Source of the DNA: Tubiluchus corallicola
Lineage: Eukaryota > Animalia > Priapulida
Reading direction: 5' to 3'
Length of the DNA stretch: 64,000 nt
NCBI GenBank assembly: GCA_030141605.1
Contig: JAQGDQ010000024.1
Coordinates: 496,001-560,000 of the forward strand
Each line of letters starts with the position of its first letter. The stretch's first letter is position 1. Of this stretch, positions 38,078 through 52,108 are shown piece after piece. The position numbers and the translations under genes are program-made. The notes beneath the pieces are model-generated. The model saw nothing but the letters and a program-made list of their open reading frames with translations. It was not told where the DNA came from and ran no database searches.

Positions 38078-39429
38078 GGGGACAGGACATTTGGGTGCGG
38101 GAAGATTGGGCGCAGGGAAATTGAGCGCGAAACATTTGGGCACAAGCGTCGGCGCACAACGTACCTGCAACGTGCTTTCTGTTTTGCGCCACAAATCACA
38201 CTACCTTAACAGGCCAAAGTCCTCGTCCACTGCCTGATTACTAAGTAACTTTTAAAACATCTAAAGTTTTTGTAAGAAAAGGAATAATTATTTTCGTGAG
38301 TGCTGTCGTGAATTCCCTTTTATCAAGGGAGTTCAGTACAGTATACTTAATTTAAAACCAAATCACAAACACCTTATTACCTCCAAAATTAATTTCTAAA
38401 TGTTTAATTCCATAAATTTTGGTTAGAGTCAGTAACACAACCTTCTTTCTAAATTTAAAGCCACACCTCCCCAAAACCGGTCCAAAAAGTTGCCCCACTA
38501 AAAACAAGTATTCATCAACTCATCAAACTTTGCGAAAAGTAGGACCAACCAAGGCCAACTACTATGCGGAAACACACCAATACAAACAGGGACTTGTGGA
38601 CTTGTTCAAGTTCACAATAAGTGAGATGGTGTAAAACTGGAAACAATTACAATGTTATGTTTTATAACTAATAACGCGTGTACAATACTACTGCTGCACC
38701 GTACGCATAATATTATCTTGCATTGCACTCCTCAAGAGATAAGCAAATTGCTTAAAATTATTGTAACTCTTGATATTGATTAGCTTACATCATTAATCGA
38801 CTTACTAACTATTGATCTATCTAGTCGTGTTCAAGTTGGCTGCCGGTTATTACAAGCAACTAATGAACTAAACAACGCATTCTAAGTCGGTTTCTTCTAA
38901 AACAAACTAATCGATCAATGAATACAGTACTGTGATATAATACTAGCGAAATTGCTACACCAATTGCACTGACACTAAGTTTTGTTGCGAATAAATTTTT
39001 TGTGACGTACATTTTTGTTATTTCCTGTTTTTGTGATGCACTACATGTAGATATTTTTTTTTGAAATAAAATTTTTCATATTTTCATAAAATGCTAGTGT
39101 AAACTTCCAAGTATCTTCTTCTGCATCATTCATTGTAAAATCTATGCAAAAAATAGTGAATTAGAAAAAGCCAAAAAGTAGCCAGAAAGTGCAAAGTCAA
39201 TTGACAGGTTTTAATTATTGTAATATCATATATTGCTGTATGTGTTTTATTTAGCGAAAACGATGATTTTAAGATAAATGTTATGAGAGTTACAAAATTA
39301 TAGTGAGTCATTAATAATTTAATAAACAAAAATAAAAAGTAGGTATAACATTAAATTTTATTGATGCTAAAATGTCTCGTGCCCATGTGTCCCGTGTCCA
39401 TGTGTTCCATGTCCGTACGTCACGTATCC
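38078..39429. mobile_element. Mutator-like MITE with short modular (GGACATTTGGGCRCG-type) inverted arms
   Basis: Left repeats at 38078-38145 and inverted repeats at 39365-39429. Flanking 9-mers TTATTAAGA and TTACTGAAA differ only by three transitions. Confidence 0.55.
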
Positions 39430-39829
39430 TTACTGAAAGCTGTTTGTGGTTTGTTGAGCTTGAACCTGTGTATGTATTATTTATGATCTGACAGAATGTA
39501 GTCCACATGTGTACTTTGATTTTTATAATTTCAATAAATTTACTTGATTGGCTGATTCTCAGCTACAGCCTATAACAGTAGCTGAAATAGTTCTGTACGT
39601 GCCGGAATGTATAAATGCGAGTGGCACAAAAAACGGGCAAAATAAATTGACTTTTTATGTCTTCATTGTCTGCCGACTATGCAGAGTTGCTAGAATTTGA
39701 TTCCGGATGTTCATTGCTCTATCCACATTGAATGTCGGGTTTGCCTTCGTTTACCAAACCGTTAAACCGCTTTAAAACCATCCAGGAATAGGAAACGGAA
39801 GCCGTAATATGAATTTATAGCCGTTTTTG

Positions 39830-40250
39830 ACTTGTGAATGGGTGACAGGGTCACAATAGCGTACTGAGATTCAATTTCTTTCTTCTAAAACTGAGATATT
39901 TCCAACAATTAGATCCACTGCCTAAAATCAGAAGCCGCAGAATAAAAAATAGAGGCCAGCTTCAATGCACCAACTAAAAGCTTTCAATCTTGTCGGTACT
40001 TCACTTGACCTACCGGTTGGCTATGGTGGTAGAACGTTGGAATCTATTGTAATTAGCTTCCTTACAAGGCAGGGAAACTTCAATGAATTTTTATTCCGTC
40101 TTGGGTTGACTGAAAGCTCGCTTTGCGACTGTTAATCGTTTTCACATACTCCGTAACATTTGTTACTCGATGCCCACTTGTATGTCATACAAAGAAAGAT
40201 CGTTTTAAATTGTACAATTGGCTCAACATTTGCTCAGCAAAATAAGAATT
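39830..40250 (+). mobile_element. decayed non-LTR retrotransposon (LINE) ORF2 3' end
   Basis: 40058-40198 translates as FLTRQGNFNEFLFRLGLTESSLCDC*SFSHTP*HLLLDAHLYVIQRK, a stop-interrupted version of the FLTGHG.F..YL.RFG...SP.C.CG....T.EH.L..C..Y...R zinc-knuckle of R1/I-group LINEs. Confidence 0.7.
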
Positions 40251-41811
40251 TGATTGATGCTTTCGTTAACCTAATTACTGATGATTATATTGCGTACACT
40301 ATAACCACAAATGTTAGCCCTATTTAGTCTTACAGTTTAATGCAATACATAGTATAGTTTCTTTTACTGCCATGTTAATAATTACTGTATAATTTATTAT
40401 TATGGTTATGTACATAAGATCTTACATTCTTTGTTAATTTTGTTATTGCATGATATTGTTATTGTGACATATATTGCTATATTGATTTGAACTATTTTTG
40501 GTGTATAATTAAATTGGCACAGTAATTAAAGCTGTAAATTTCGGCCTTTAAACAGAGGCCTTGATAATATTTATGTTAACGTTCAATTTAATGTTTGAAT
40601 CAATTTTGGACATGACCCATTACCCAATGATGACTGAAATTGGCGTGTGTTTAAATTCAAAAAAGTGAGTAAAAAAGTCATACGCCAGAAGCTGTACAAT
40701 CTAACATGCAAGTCACCACAAGTTCTACGCAACCATCAACACTAATATTGTGCGTTTTTAGAGCACTCTCCTATGATACATCAAAACAGAATTTGTTCAA
40801 GTCATACCTCTCCGAACATAAATCGTGTACATACGCACGCGAACATCTGCAGAATGTCAACCCAATATGAAGCATTAAAGTCTTTACCATTAATTATTCC
40901 TACGATGCCTAGTCAAACAAAATTGTGAGGGGACAAACGCAGGCTCGCTGCAAGCTTTGCGAAAATCTGATGAAAAGTCACCTTGCATTATATAATACGC
41001 TCAGAATGAAAAATGGCTTCTCGAGAAATATTGACTGTTCATTGCATACCGATTTTGTCCATAAGAAGCGGAACACATTTTAAACGTTAATTGTGCGCAA
41101 AAAATCACTGTAAAAATAAACGAGTAGGAATTCTGAGATGAAAGCAGCTTCATCTATCATGCACAGAACATCAATTTTACGCTATAAGTACGCTAACTAG
41201 TTAAAGCTCTAAGGTACGTTTAGATCGCAATACATCATTAACAGAGAACATTGCAGTAGCAAGCTTTTATTGTAATGAAATACCCGTTCAAGTCTGCTTG
41301 TGAACATGAAGTTCGAGATTTTGCACACGGGAAACGTTTCGACAACGAAGTGTGCAGATTTTGTTCCACTGACATTTTGAATAACACACTTGCCTATTGT
41401 GGACGACATATTCATAGTTGCCAAGAATTATTTCGTACAAACGCATTTGGCAACTGTTATAGCGTCGAAGAAAATGGTAAAATCAAGATGGCCCCAGCTA
41501 AATGTTCCCTATGGGCAAACTGCCACCAGAATAATCTTGTATCATCATCATCATCATCATCATCATCAGTCATCATCATTATAATCGTCTTCATCATAAT
41601 AGACGATCAACATCATTAGAATAATACTGATAATGATGATTATCATTTCAAAGGACAATACTGGCGGCAGCTGATGATAATGATAATTCATTTTTTTAAA
41701 AATGGTCATTAGATACTACTGACTATTTTACTGACTGGGCTCTATGGAGTATTTTTTCCATCACTTTCATTGCGTTAAACTGAACTGACAGGCTGGTTTC
41801 TGCTGTAATAG

Positions 41812-41990
41812 ATAGACTGGACTGGACTGGCCTGGACTGGACTGGACTGGACTGGACTGGACTGGACTGGACTGGGCAGGACTGACTGGACTGAACATGC
41901 TTTTGCACTGAATTGGACTAAACTGAATGGACCGAACTGGACTATTATGGACTGAGCTGGACCGAGTTGGGCTGGACAGGACTAGAATCA
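41812..41990. repeat. (GGACT)n pentanucleotide microsatellite, degenerate at the 3' side
   Basis: Visible GGACT array. Confidence 0.9.
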
Positions 41991-43459
41991 GATGGATTGT
42001 ACTGAATAGGCTAACAAGGAGGCTGACTAACTGTACCATATTAATAACTAAACGTCTTCTATATTGTTGCTATAACACTCCCTCAGTTAATATGAGTTTA
42101 TTAAAAACAATGGAAGACAATTATAATTTGTCTTTCTCAAACATAAGTATAGTAAGCATCCTGTGCTGCTCTGGGTAATTCTGCATATTAGACAATGTGG
42201 ACAAATAATCTGTTAAAGAAAAGTTAAATAAGACAGTAAGAAAACCTGAAATTCCAATTTAAAATGAATTAAAACGGATTTCAGTGACGCTTGCGTGACG
42301 TCATTGGTCCGGTAAATAATTTGTTGCGCATTTAATGAATTTATCCAGTAGAATTTCCCACTAAAACGAGTCGCATAGCTCGCTGGCAAAGTGGTTTAGT
42401 ATCGTCGCCGGCTCGAGATAGCTACAAGTTATTGAATCAGACCCGGGAAAATCAATTTGCATGCACAGAGCAATGCTTCATAGCTGACAGTCATTATGGC
42501 TTGAGGGCTGGCCGAGCAAATTATTCCTTTATGTGATCTGTCAGATGTATTATGAGTAAACAATGGCAGGCCGACAGACAGACAGAGCCCAAGGGCCGTC
42601 TTATGGACGACCAAGAGATCTCTTGAAGCATTGAAATGGAGCTAAAACACAACAACACAAAGCTTTTAATTATAGCAATTAGTCTAAATGATTTCACCAT
42701 TCAGCAAATATTACCGTAGAGTCTGTAGATTTTCTTCGTGCTCAACGTTGGTGTGATTAATATATAATAATAAATGAGTGCATGAAAAATGTAAGTAGAA
42801 ATAACAACAATGAAATATGTGCTCTGGAGATTAGTATGACGTCATGATAAGAAATATAAGATGAAGAACAATAAAAGTTGTGCAATTAAAACAATTAAAA
42901 CCTTGAACCATATGCAAACATTTGCCCATTATGAAGTCACGTCTTATGCCAATTATATTTCTTTTGTATCGATTCTAGCATAAGAACACAAGCTCTTCTG
43001 ATTACAAGTTTGGTGCTGTAGCCTCAAAGCCTGAAATTTGCTGTGTCAACCTTGGCATAATTTCTCAGTATAACTAGATTTTGGGATTAATCAATGCAAG
43101 TAATTTTTTAATCATATTGTACATTTTCAAAACAGATTACTGAGCGTATCTAGAAAACTATTATAGGACACCTCGCATTATTACGTCACTTTTATAACGT
43201 TCAAGATTATAAGGTTTATATGTAAATTTTAAATGTACGTCAAATGCATTATAGCATAAAAATAATGCATGCAAAATAAGTACAATTGTCGTATTACACA
43301 CATTGATAACCTGTTCACTGTTATACTTGACCAATGACCATGGGCAGTAATTCAAGATCAATTTAAAAATAATGATTTATTTTAGTGATAGCAAGCACAG
43401 GCAAGTACGCTCCTTTAATGCCCCCATCAACATACTCTTGATATTAGAACAGCTCTTAG

Positions 43460-43930
43460 TTGTGTGTTTGTCTTTAAAAATTTGTTGTTTAAGTCAAGTT
43501 TAGCAAGTAGTATCATCTATGTATGTTTGAGTGAATAAAGCATTCTTTTCAATCTTTTGCTTTAAATTTCTGAATCAGTTTAGTCCGCATTTTTAACTAC
43601 ACTACTTAACGACAAGTTTTCGTTAAAGAAGTGACATGAAAAAGTCACTAATAAAGGAAAAACAATAGAAGCAAATGCGTCGTCTCCTTTTGAGATTTTA
43701 TTCTTCTGTACAGGAAACAAAACTATCAAATTGCTTGTCACTTTTTAATGTCACTTTTTTACTTGCCGGTAAGTAGTGCAAGTGAACAACAATGCGGACT
43801 AAACAGACTCAGACATTTAAAACAAAAGATTGAAAATAATGCTTAATTCACTCAAACGTACATAGATGACACTACTAAAAAAATTTGCTAAACTCTGTTT
43901 TAAACATAAACTTCTAAATACACAAACCAA
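43460..43930. mobile_element. long imperfect inverted repeat (foldback/MITE), arms about 190 bp
   Basis: CATCTATGTATGTTTGAGTGAATAAAGCATTCTTTTCAATCTTTTGCTTTAAATTTCTGAATCAGTTTAGTCCGCATT is mirrored by AATGCGGACTAAACAGACTCAGACATTTAAAACAAAAGATTGAAAATAATGCTTAATTCACTCAAACGTACATAGATG. Confidence 0.85.
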
Positions 43931-44881
43931 TGTTTAATTTCCCAACACACACTTGAAATACTCAGTTTTACTTACTTTCATTTCATAAATACATTTGTAC
44001 AATTTTGTATCTAAAAATTATTCATCACTATTTTTAGTCCATCTGAAAAAGCAGACAGCATCTGTGAAACTATAGTGATTCAATTAAATATTTTTTTCCC
44101 GAAATGAAAAATTCATTTATCGTAGACCATTTTAAATGGTACCATATTTTCGCACTCACATGCACCCAAGAATATCGTAATTGATTTCGTAATCATTCAA
44201 AGTGGTTGTCTATTTCTCAATTTCTACGTAGAAAAAATGGGAAATGTAATTGATAAGCCTTACAGGCGACCAACTTGGGTTTTTAAGCAGCTACCCTTTT
44301 TAAACAAATTAAGATACTTCTAATGAACAGTCATGCTAGACTTGATGTTTGCATAATGTATCGTGACTTGAATAAGTCTTCCTAAATTTACAGTTATTCG
44401 CTGTGTGATATGCGAATTTCACTTTCAGACGTTTTACGCACACAGTCATTAATGGAAAGTTAACGGACTGTGACGTAATGTACATTAAAATAACGTTTTA
44501 AAATTGTCGTGACTATTAGGCCTCTAATAAAACTCTGGTGGTTTTTGCACGATTTGTGCAAATTATTGCTGTTAGTGTTTAATATTTGCCACAGAATTAA
44601 ATTATTTCAGTCAGATCAATAAAACTGTGTAAATTTATGGTTTAATTATGAAGCCGCAGTAACTGAAAAATTAATCAGAAAGTCCTCATAATTTTTATTT
44701 TACAGAGTAAAATAATCATATATATTATAGTGGTTAGAAATAACGACTGCGCAGCAATAGTAATATTTATTTTTAAGTGTAATAAGCAATTAACTGGTTT
44801 TAGTGATTTGAAATAACGTTTGAATAGCGTGCACCTATCCAATTCATAATATTTGATTTGGGGCATATTAAACGCATATTA

Positions 44882-45077
44882 AAGAGAGAGGAAAGAAAAG
44901 GTAGGTAGGCAGGTAAAGAGAGAAAAAGAGGAGAGAAAGAGAGAGAAACAGAGGAAAATAGACAGAATAAGAGAGGGAAAGAGAGAGAGAAGAGAGAGAA
45001 AAAAAGAGAAAGAGAGAGAGAGAAACAGGAATATGAACAAAAAAGGAGAGAGAAAAAATAGACAAAAAGCGAGTGCA

Positions 45078-45138
<61 letters not shown>
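44882..45138. repeat. polypurine tract ending in (GA)n microsatellite
   Basis: AG-rich tract with a pure GA run at about 45083-45127. Confidence 0.9.
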
Positions 45139-48100
45139 TTTATGGTGATCGCTGTGCAGTAATGTCTTTGCTTTCTCACACAATAGGCCAAATACACAGT
45201 TTCACTGTTTGAACAACTGCACCAGCTGAATGTGAACTAAAGGAGGACCCACGGCTGCAGCTTCACTAGAGACATTCATAGTTAATAGCCGCATAACAGC
45301 GTAAGTTAGCGTCCGAATAACGCTTGAATGTTGAACAAGATCTAAATGACTAACTTATTAACAGAAAAAAACACTATACGTTTTACGCTGTTGGTACAGA
45401 AATAAGAAAACTTGTCTTGTGGCATTTTCCCATCTGCGCTTGTTCGTCTGCTTGATCCTAGATCGCCCAAGCAATTTATTAACCGATTCAATATTTGAAG
45501 CTTTATGCAGCGCGCTATGAATAAACGTGTAACTGCTTATAGCAAAATTCTGATAAACCGCCTCCTAACTTTTAAGAGAATACCTATGAACCAAGGGTGA
45601 GTGTGTGACATAAGCATCCGAAAGAAGTCAGTTCTTTGCCCCTTAGATTGTGTAGTTTGTATATAACATTAGAACGGCGTTTGTTTAACGTTTCCAAATC
45701 TTAGTCGTAACTGACGGAGAAACACATTTAATATATTGTAAAATATAATTATTGGAACTTTATCGTTGGTGTTCCTTGCTTATATTGTTTACTCATATTC
45801 GAATTTGATTTCCGCGCAATTAAACCTTATTATAAAGGACATAAATGCTACTTCTGATGTGCAGGGTGTATGAAAATGGTATAGCATTCTTTCTACACCT
45901 AAAACTAGTCAAATTATGACAAATTTATAAAAAGTATTTTTAATACTTTAATAACAAAATATTTTTATTTAATCTGTTTTTAATTCTCTCTACTTCCTAT
46001 TGCTAGAAATAAAACAAGCAACGAAATTCTTGAAGAAATGAGTTATAACACAATGGGAAACCAACATGAAACATATACCCTCCTATAGGGTTTGTGGCTC
46101 CTATAGCTGCAAATAAAGGCAGTACTAGATAACGAGTGCTCTTTACTCAAAGTTAATTGCTCTTTCTCGCCATTTTGTCTATTTTTATCTAGCCCTTTCG
46201 GTTTCATCTGTACAGGGCAGGCAGTAATTTACTAACATCCTTTACTTGAAATTGTAATTAACAATCATTAATGTGCAGGTAGAGTGCGCATGCGTTTGTT
46301 TCATTTTCCTATTAACTATAACTCGTTTCGACGATAAGCTAACTAGAACTGATGACCTTCGACGACCATAAATTATTAAATACGCGGTGTTGTACAGCTG
46401 CTGTGTTAAAGATGAAACTAGTAGTTCAAATCGCAGCCGTCTTATCTAACCATTAAGGCGATACTATAAATTATTTTGCTTGCTGTTACTCGTGATAAGA
46501 AAATGTGATAATGAAATTATTTTGTTCGATAATTTATTAGTGTGCTACCTGCTACATACTTGTATAGAGAGAGCTTTAGTTTGCGATCATATTGTTTTGC
46601 AAAATAAGAAAGCAATATCGTATCAGACCAGCCTTTAATTTGTCACCTTTTAAACATCAATGTGATTTGCCTAGAGGGGTGCGTAATATCTCATACATGG
46701 CTATAGATTTTATAATAAAAACAAGGCAGAAAATAAATAAATTGTGCCAAAATGAAACAAGATTTAGCAAATGGTAACAAAAAAAAACAGATAAAAGCAT
46801 CAGAAGCAGAAACAGATAAATAAAAGGAGTGCTAAATTACATTTTTACAGCATCCGCTTTTGATTTTGGAGCCTTTTACATTCTGGGTCATTAATAAAAC
46901 AAATTGCTGACAAGACAATAATAAGACAGTAATTCAAAGTCAAGATAAACAAAATTATCCTTAGCTAACAAGTCTGGCTTTTTGAGATTCCATTCACATG
47001 ATATGTACTTGTGGTCGAGGCTTCTCCCAAACCCCTCGGGAGAACTTGCAACTCAAACAAACTTCCTAGCGGTAAACGTTTTGACTGATACAAATTCATA
47101 AAAATAAATTTACAAATTTATTATAAATTTGACACTGCATTTCCTAAAACAGTCCGTGCGTGTAAAATCAGTTTGGTTAGAAATACTACGCCTAATATAT
47201 AGAAAATTGGCTAATTAGTTGTCCCTTGGCGTTAGACATCACCAATCAAGCGAAGTATTGAAACTGACATTGCTTAAAGAGAATCAAAACTAATGCCGTG
47301 TAGCCAAGCTGACCTTTAGCCATATAGCCAAACTGACCTTTACAGAGTGTCTTATTAATGAGAAAGTATCGCTAAACAACCTACGACACGCTACTGTATG
47401 ACAGCAGACAAAAAGGTTGCTAAAGTGTTTTTCCAAACTAATGGTGGTGAATAGAGAGAGAGTTACCTGTCCCCTTTGAGGCAATCGCAGGCAAATATTT
47501 ATGAGAAGGTTTTTCTTGTTTCTTGTAGTGTTTAGCATTAATGTTAGTCAGCTAATTGAAACTGTAAGAGGCTAAGAACGGCAAAACTTCTAAGGATGAT
47601 TCAAGGCAAAGATCAGTTAAACCTCCAAAATTGTAACTTAGGACAAACCAAAATCGAGAACAGATTAAAAAGATGTCTGGTAGAAACATCCTCAATCATT
47701 AAAGTCTCTGTGCTCTGGTTCAGTACCACTTTATTTGTTAACTAAACACGGGAAAAGCTACTGATAAACTACGTCTATTTACATTGGTTACTGTTTGTTA
47801 TTTGATGTAGAAAAAGGTGCGCCAGAAATTAGGCACGCATCGTGGAAAAAGATTTTCTAAAAGGTTTCTTACTCGCAAGTCATTTAGCGAATTCTGCATC
47901 AAAAACGTATTTGAAGTAAAACACTTGCTGCCCATCGTCTCGTATTTTGACATTTGGATGACACTTTCCCGGGAAAATACTGCGACAAACTCGAGCAAGT
48001 ATACATATGAACTGACCGCCTTTGTTCCACCACATTTGGTGAGTCTACAAATGAACCAAACTAAGTATAATCAATGTTCAGACTTTGAAATGTAGTAAAC

Positions 48101-50365
48101 CATCGCGTAAAACGGACCAAGTAATTGATGTGGCCGGATTTCCGGTGTAACCAGCATGTTTAACGGGATAAGTTACAATATTATGAAACCCGTTTTCGAG
48201 TGCGCTTCTATTACTGGGTCAGGTGTTGGGTATTACAAAGTCAGGGTCAATTGCTCCATTACTTCCTGGTGGACATCCAGGTAAAATTTGTTGATTCGTA
48301 CTGTTTGTGCGAAGTCTGAGAATAACATTAAATTTCTGCGTTTGTGGTTATTCACCTATTAAAAATTCAAATTTTCGATGTTTGTTCGTTACAACTATAT
48401 TCTGATTTTACGTTGACGAGTAAGTAACTGTTTTAACGTGTTTAGGTGTGTTGGAAGCACTGGTAGGATTATCAAGATCACCAACACCACTGAAAAGATT
48501 TTGAACATTATTTTCCATTTCATGTTTACTCCTAGAAATTCGCTATAATTACATAGCAATATGTGTAGTGCTGTTTTAAATAGTATATTTTATTGTTTCA
48601 ATCGATTTTGGAGGATTTTCAACCATGGCCAAGAATGTAAAAAGCACAAAGTAGAAAAATACCTTTTAGGCGTCACACTTACGTTATTAATTCGCATTTA
48701 TCCATCAACACGCTGAGCACCACTAATGCAATCAACTAATGATCCACTAATGTTGTCATAATCACCTATATTAATAATGTTCGCACTTTGGCATAGATGA
48801 TTAACATAGCGGAAGAAACCTGGATAGCGAATAATAAAAGAAATCTTGCGTCAATGATGATCTGCTTTACTAACCGAGTAACCATGATAATTTAACCTTT
48901 GAGTTTTTGACTCTTGATGTCAACCGTTCAATTTTATTAATCGTGCCTTGCTCTTTTTCTGTTCTTTTAAATAGTGTTTGTGACTATAACAGGTTATGAT
49001 TATAGCATACATAGCTTTGTGCGAGCACATAATAAAATGGCAAATTCTTATCCGACATTGCTCAAGATTTCATCGAAGATCCTGGGATAAAGCGAATATG
49101 GGCAAAAATTTAATGATCGTGTTTGACTTGTGTTTTCACTGAGCAATAAAATGGCTCAACTAGCAAATGAAAAGTAAATTGGCGGCCAACAAAGTATAGT
49201 AGAAATTGCCATAGTTTACGACGCGTTCAAAATGAGGGCCATGGCCAAGAGAAGTTCTGTTTGGCTCTTCTCTCAGCAGAGTCTCGTTCTTTCCTTTCGT
49301 CCATTGTATCTTCGTTTTTCTCCCTCTCTGTCTCATTTCATTTCTCCTTTTCGCTTTTCCCTCTCCTTTCCTCTCCTCTGTCCTCAATTACTCTCCTTAC
49401 TCAGCAAAATCATAATGTAAACGTGTAACATTGCGCTATTCATTATTTATTAACAACTACGCCGTCTGGGCTTTTATTCAAGAAAATTACCGCCATAGTT
49501 GCACGTTCATGACCTTGGCAACTCCTTTCAGTCGTGTACTCGTCAAAGCAGAGAAGCTTCCTGAACAGTTTCGTTTTTTTAAATTATTTTGAACAAAAAT
49601 TATCCAGACTCTAGAGCGAAGCTTGATATAGGGCTTAAATGTCGTGGTAAAACATTAATGGAATATACAATGACGCCATACAAAGAATTTGACAAGCGTC
49701 AAATCGAAAAAATGGCGTTTCAGAGTACTAATTCTCAACGATTTTCACAACTTGGCCCACGCGTTACGCCAGAATGAAATTTTGAGTGCAAATCTGGAAG
49801 GCCGTGGTAATAATAAGCCCACAAGTAAAGTGTGGTAGTAAATTGCAATGATTTAAATTTTTGTAATAACTTATGCCATCACAATAAAATCTGTTGTTTG
49901 TGTCTGACAGGAAGGAAACGAGAATTACTTGCAAGATAAAGTCGATCATCCGTCAGTTGTGGCAGATTAAGGCTAACAAAAGCAAATAAATTTAATTTTT
50001 TTCAGAAGGACTTTGTAACTAATCTAAGACAATACAGTCAAGTTAAAAGCAGGCTTACTTTTTGATACTACATGTACATATTTTAACCGAATCAACGAAG
50101 ATCGGTTATTTAGTCACATTCCGGCAAGCACCCGCTAAATTCTTCACTCTGGAAACTCACCAAGCATTACGCTGTCCGGGATGACGCGTTTCAACAACTT
50201 CATCCTAATCACCAGTGCAAATGCATTGAAGAGCTTCAACACGTACAAGAATAGTCTCACGCGTTTTCAGTGGTGCTCATAGTAATAGGCCATGTTTGCA
50301 CAAGGGTTGTTTGCACAGACTTTTCATCTGGTTGAATATGTAATACGCAGGTGGTGAGGACCGAC

Positions 50366-50490
50366 TGTTCTTAACCAGAATTAATAATCTGTCACTCAAT
50401 GTTCATTAACGTACCACTACAATAATGAGTGTTCTTAGTCAGACTTAATAATATGTCACTCAGTGTTCATTAAGGTACAACGACATAATA
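50366..50490. repeat. tandem duplication, 2 x ~64 bp
   Basis: TGTTCTTA..CAGA.TTAATAAT.TGTCACTCA.TGTTCATTAA.GTAC occurs twice. Confidence 0.8.
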
Positions 50491-50675
50491 CAACCCGCAG
50501 GGATTTTTCAAATGCTTCTATCTGAGGATGAATCGGCAACATTCATCATCTGGTTACGTTGCTGGAAAAACCATATTACTGTTTTTTATTACAGATACAC
50601 ACAACGTCAGTTTATTATACGTTTCCATGCGATATTAATCTGGTTATAATAACGGAATATAATGGCTGGTTTCTT

Positions 50676-50759
50676 ATTTCTTGTTATAGCCGATGTTGCC
50701 ACTTGCATAATAAAATTTCTTATTGTAGCCGGTGTTGCTGCTTGCATACTAAAATTTCT
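50676..50759. repeat. tandem duplication, 2 x ~39 bp
   Basis: ATTTCTTRTTRTAGCCGRTGTTGCYRCTTGCATA.TAAA occurs twice. Confidence 0.8.
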
Positions 50760-52013
50760 AAAATATTTGCATAATTGGCTTGATTGTTGCCTTAGTGAAA
50801 TATGATATATACTAAACTCGAAATTTCGGGCTCCTGAATTTCATCGAAATAAATTTTGGTGTTTTGTTCAGCATCTAGTATTGGCGTAAAAATTTTAAGG
50901 GTGCAAAAAGAACTTTAAATGAAGCTATGGTAACACAACCAAATTCATTTAATTAGAGAGCACGCAGTAGAGGTGCTGACAGACGTCCTCAAATGAAGTC
51001 ACTATAGCTAAAAATTTATTTTAACCGATTTATTATTGCATACTGATTAACGTTGCTCTAGCAGATTTAAGCAAATGGGCGTCAGCCTTTTCAAGTTATT
51101 CACATTTTTGACTTTGTGATCGTAAGCTTTTCCTGTTCTGAAAAAAAGCAATGGATTTTTCCATCCCTTTGACAAGTTTGATGATTGCAGTTGTCCTAGA
51201 AGCTTTCCGGTTTACCAGTCTTGATTTTGCTGTGAGGCAGGGCTACACACCCACACGCGCGCGAGAACAGACACATTTACTACTGTCGTTGGATAAATTT
51301 AATAGAAAGTGTGCTTCCCAGCAATATTATACGGGGCTGTGGGAAATGATGTGGTCATTATGTGGAACTTATTTATGTGGTTAAGTTTATGAATGAACGA
51401 CAAATTTTAATTCAGCATTGCTCAAGAGCACATCAGGGATTCTGGGACAGTAAACGTTGGACTGAAGTTTAACTTTCGTATTTGACTTTTGCTTTTATTG
51501 ACTTTTGCAATAAAACTATAGTCAACTAGCGAATGAAAAATTGGTAACAACAAAATGAGATAAAAATAGCAGATTTGGCAAGGTATTCCATAACGGCACC
51601 TTTTACATGAAAGAAAAGTTCCTTTATATGCCTCTTTTCTCACTGAACCACTTTTTCTGCCTCGCCTTCAAATCTACCCTCACCTCTCTTCCTCTCTGTC
51701 TCTTTTTTGAATAGCATGATTGGCATTGGTCTTTCCTTGGGGATAAAGCGAGTGTTAGAAAGAAATTCAGTGTGTCTGTATTTGGCTTGAAAGCTTTTAC
51801 TTTTATTGGGTTATAAATGTTTGAACTAGTATATGAAAAATAAATTGGTATCCAACGAAATGCGAGGGAAGTTGTACTTTATGACGTGTTGGTGCAAGCA
51901 CCGCAACCGTCACAAGAGAAGAGTTTTTCCCATTAATCCATCTTGTTCTGTTCTTCCATTTCTTTCCAGAACGTTGAACAAATTATTTACCAAAGAAACA
52001 AAATTTATAACAA

Positions 52014-52108
52014 ATAATTTAAAATAAGACGTCATAACGTTATATGACGACATATCTATATAACGTTATGACGTCATATAGACGTCATATCGTCTTATTT
52101 TAAATTAT
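52014..52108. repeat. nested perfect inverted repeats
   Basis: Outer ATAATTTAAAATAAGACG / CGTCTTATTTTAAATTAT, inner GACGTCATAACGTTATAT / ATATAACGTTATGACGTC. Confidence 0.9.

Noticed and set aside
41275-41619. 114-aa Cys-rich ORF
   Set aside because: No recognisable domain or signal peptide, it ends in a CAT microsatellite, and it has no supporting splice structure.
42377-42450. tRNA gene (A box TGGCAAAGTGG)
   Set aside because: No intact B box or cloverleaf; at most a decayed SINE head.
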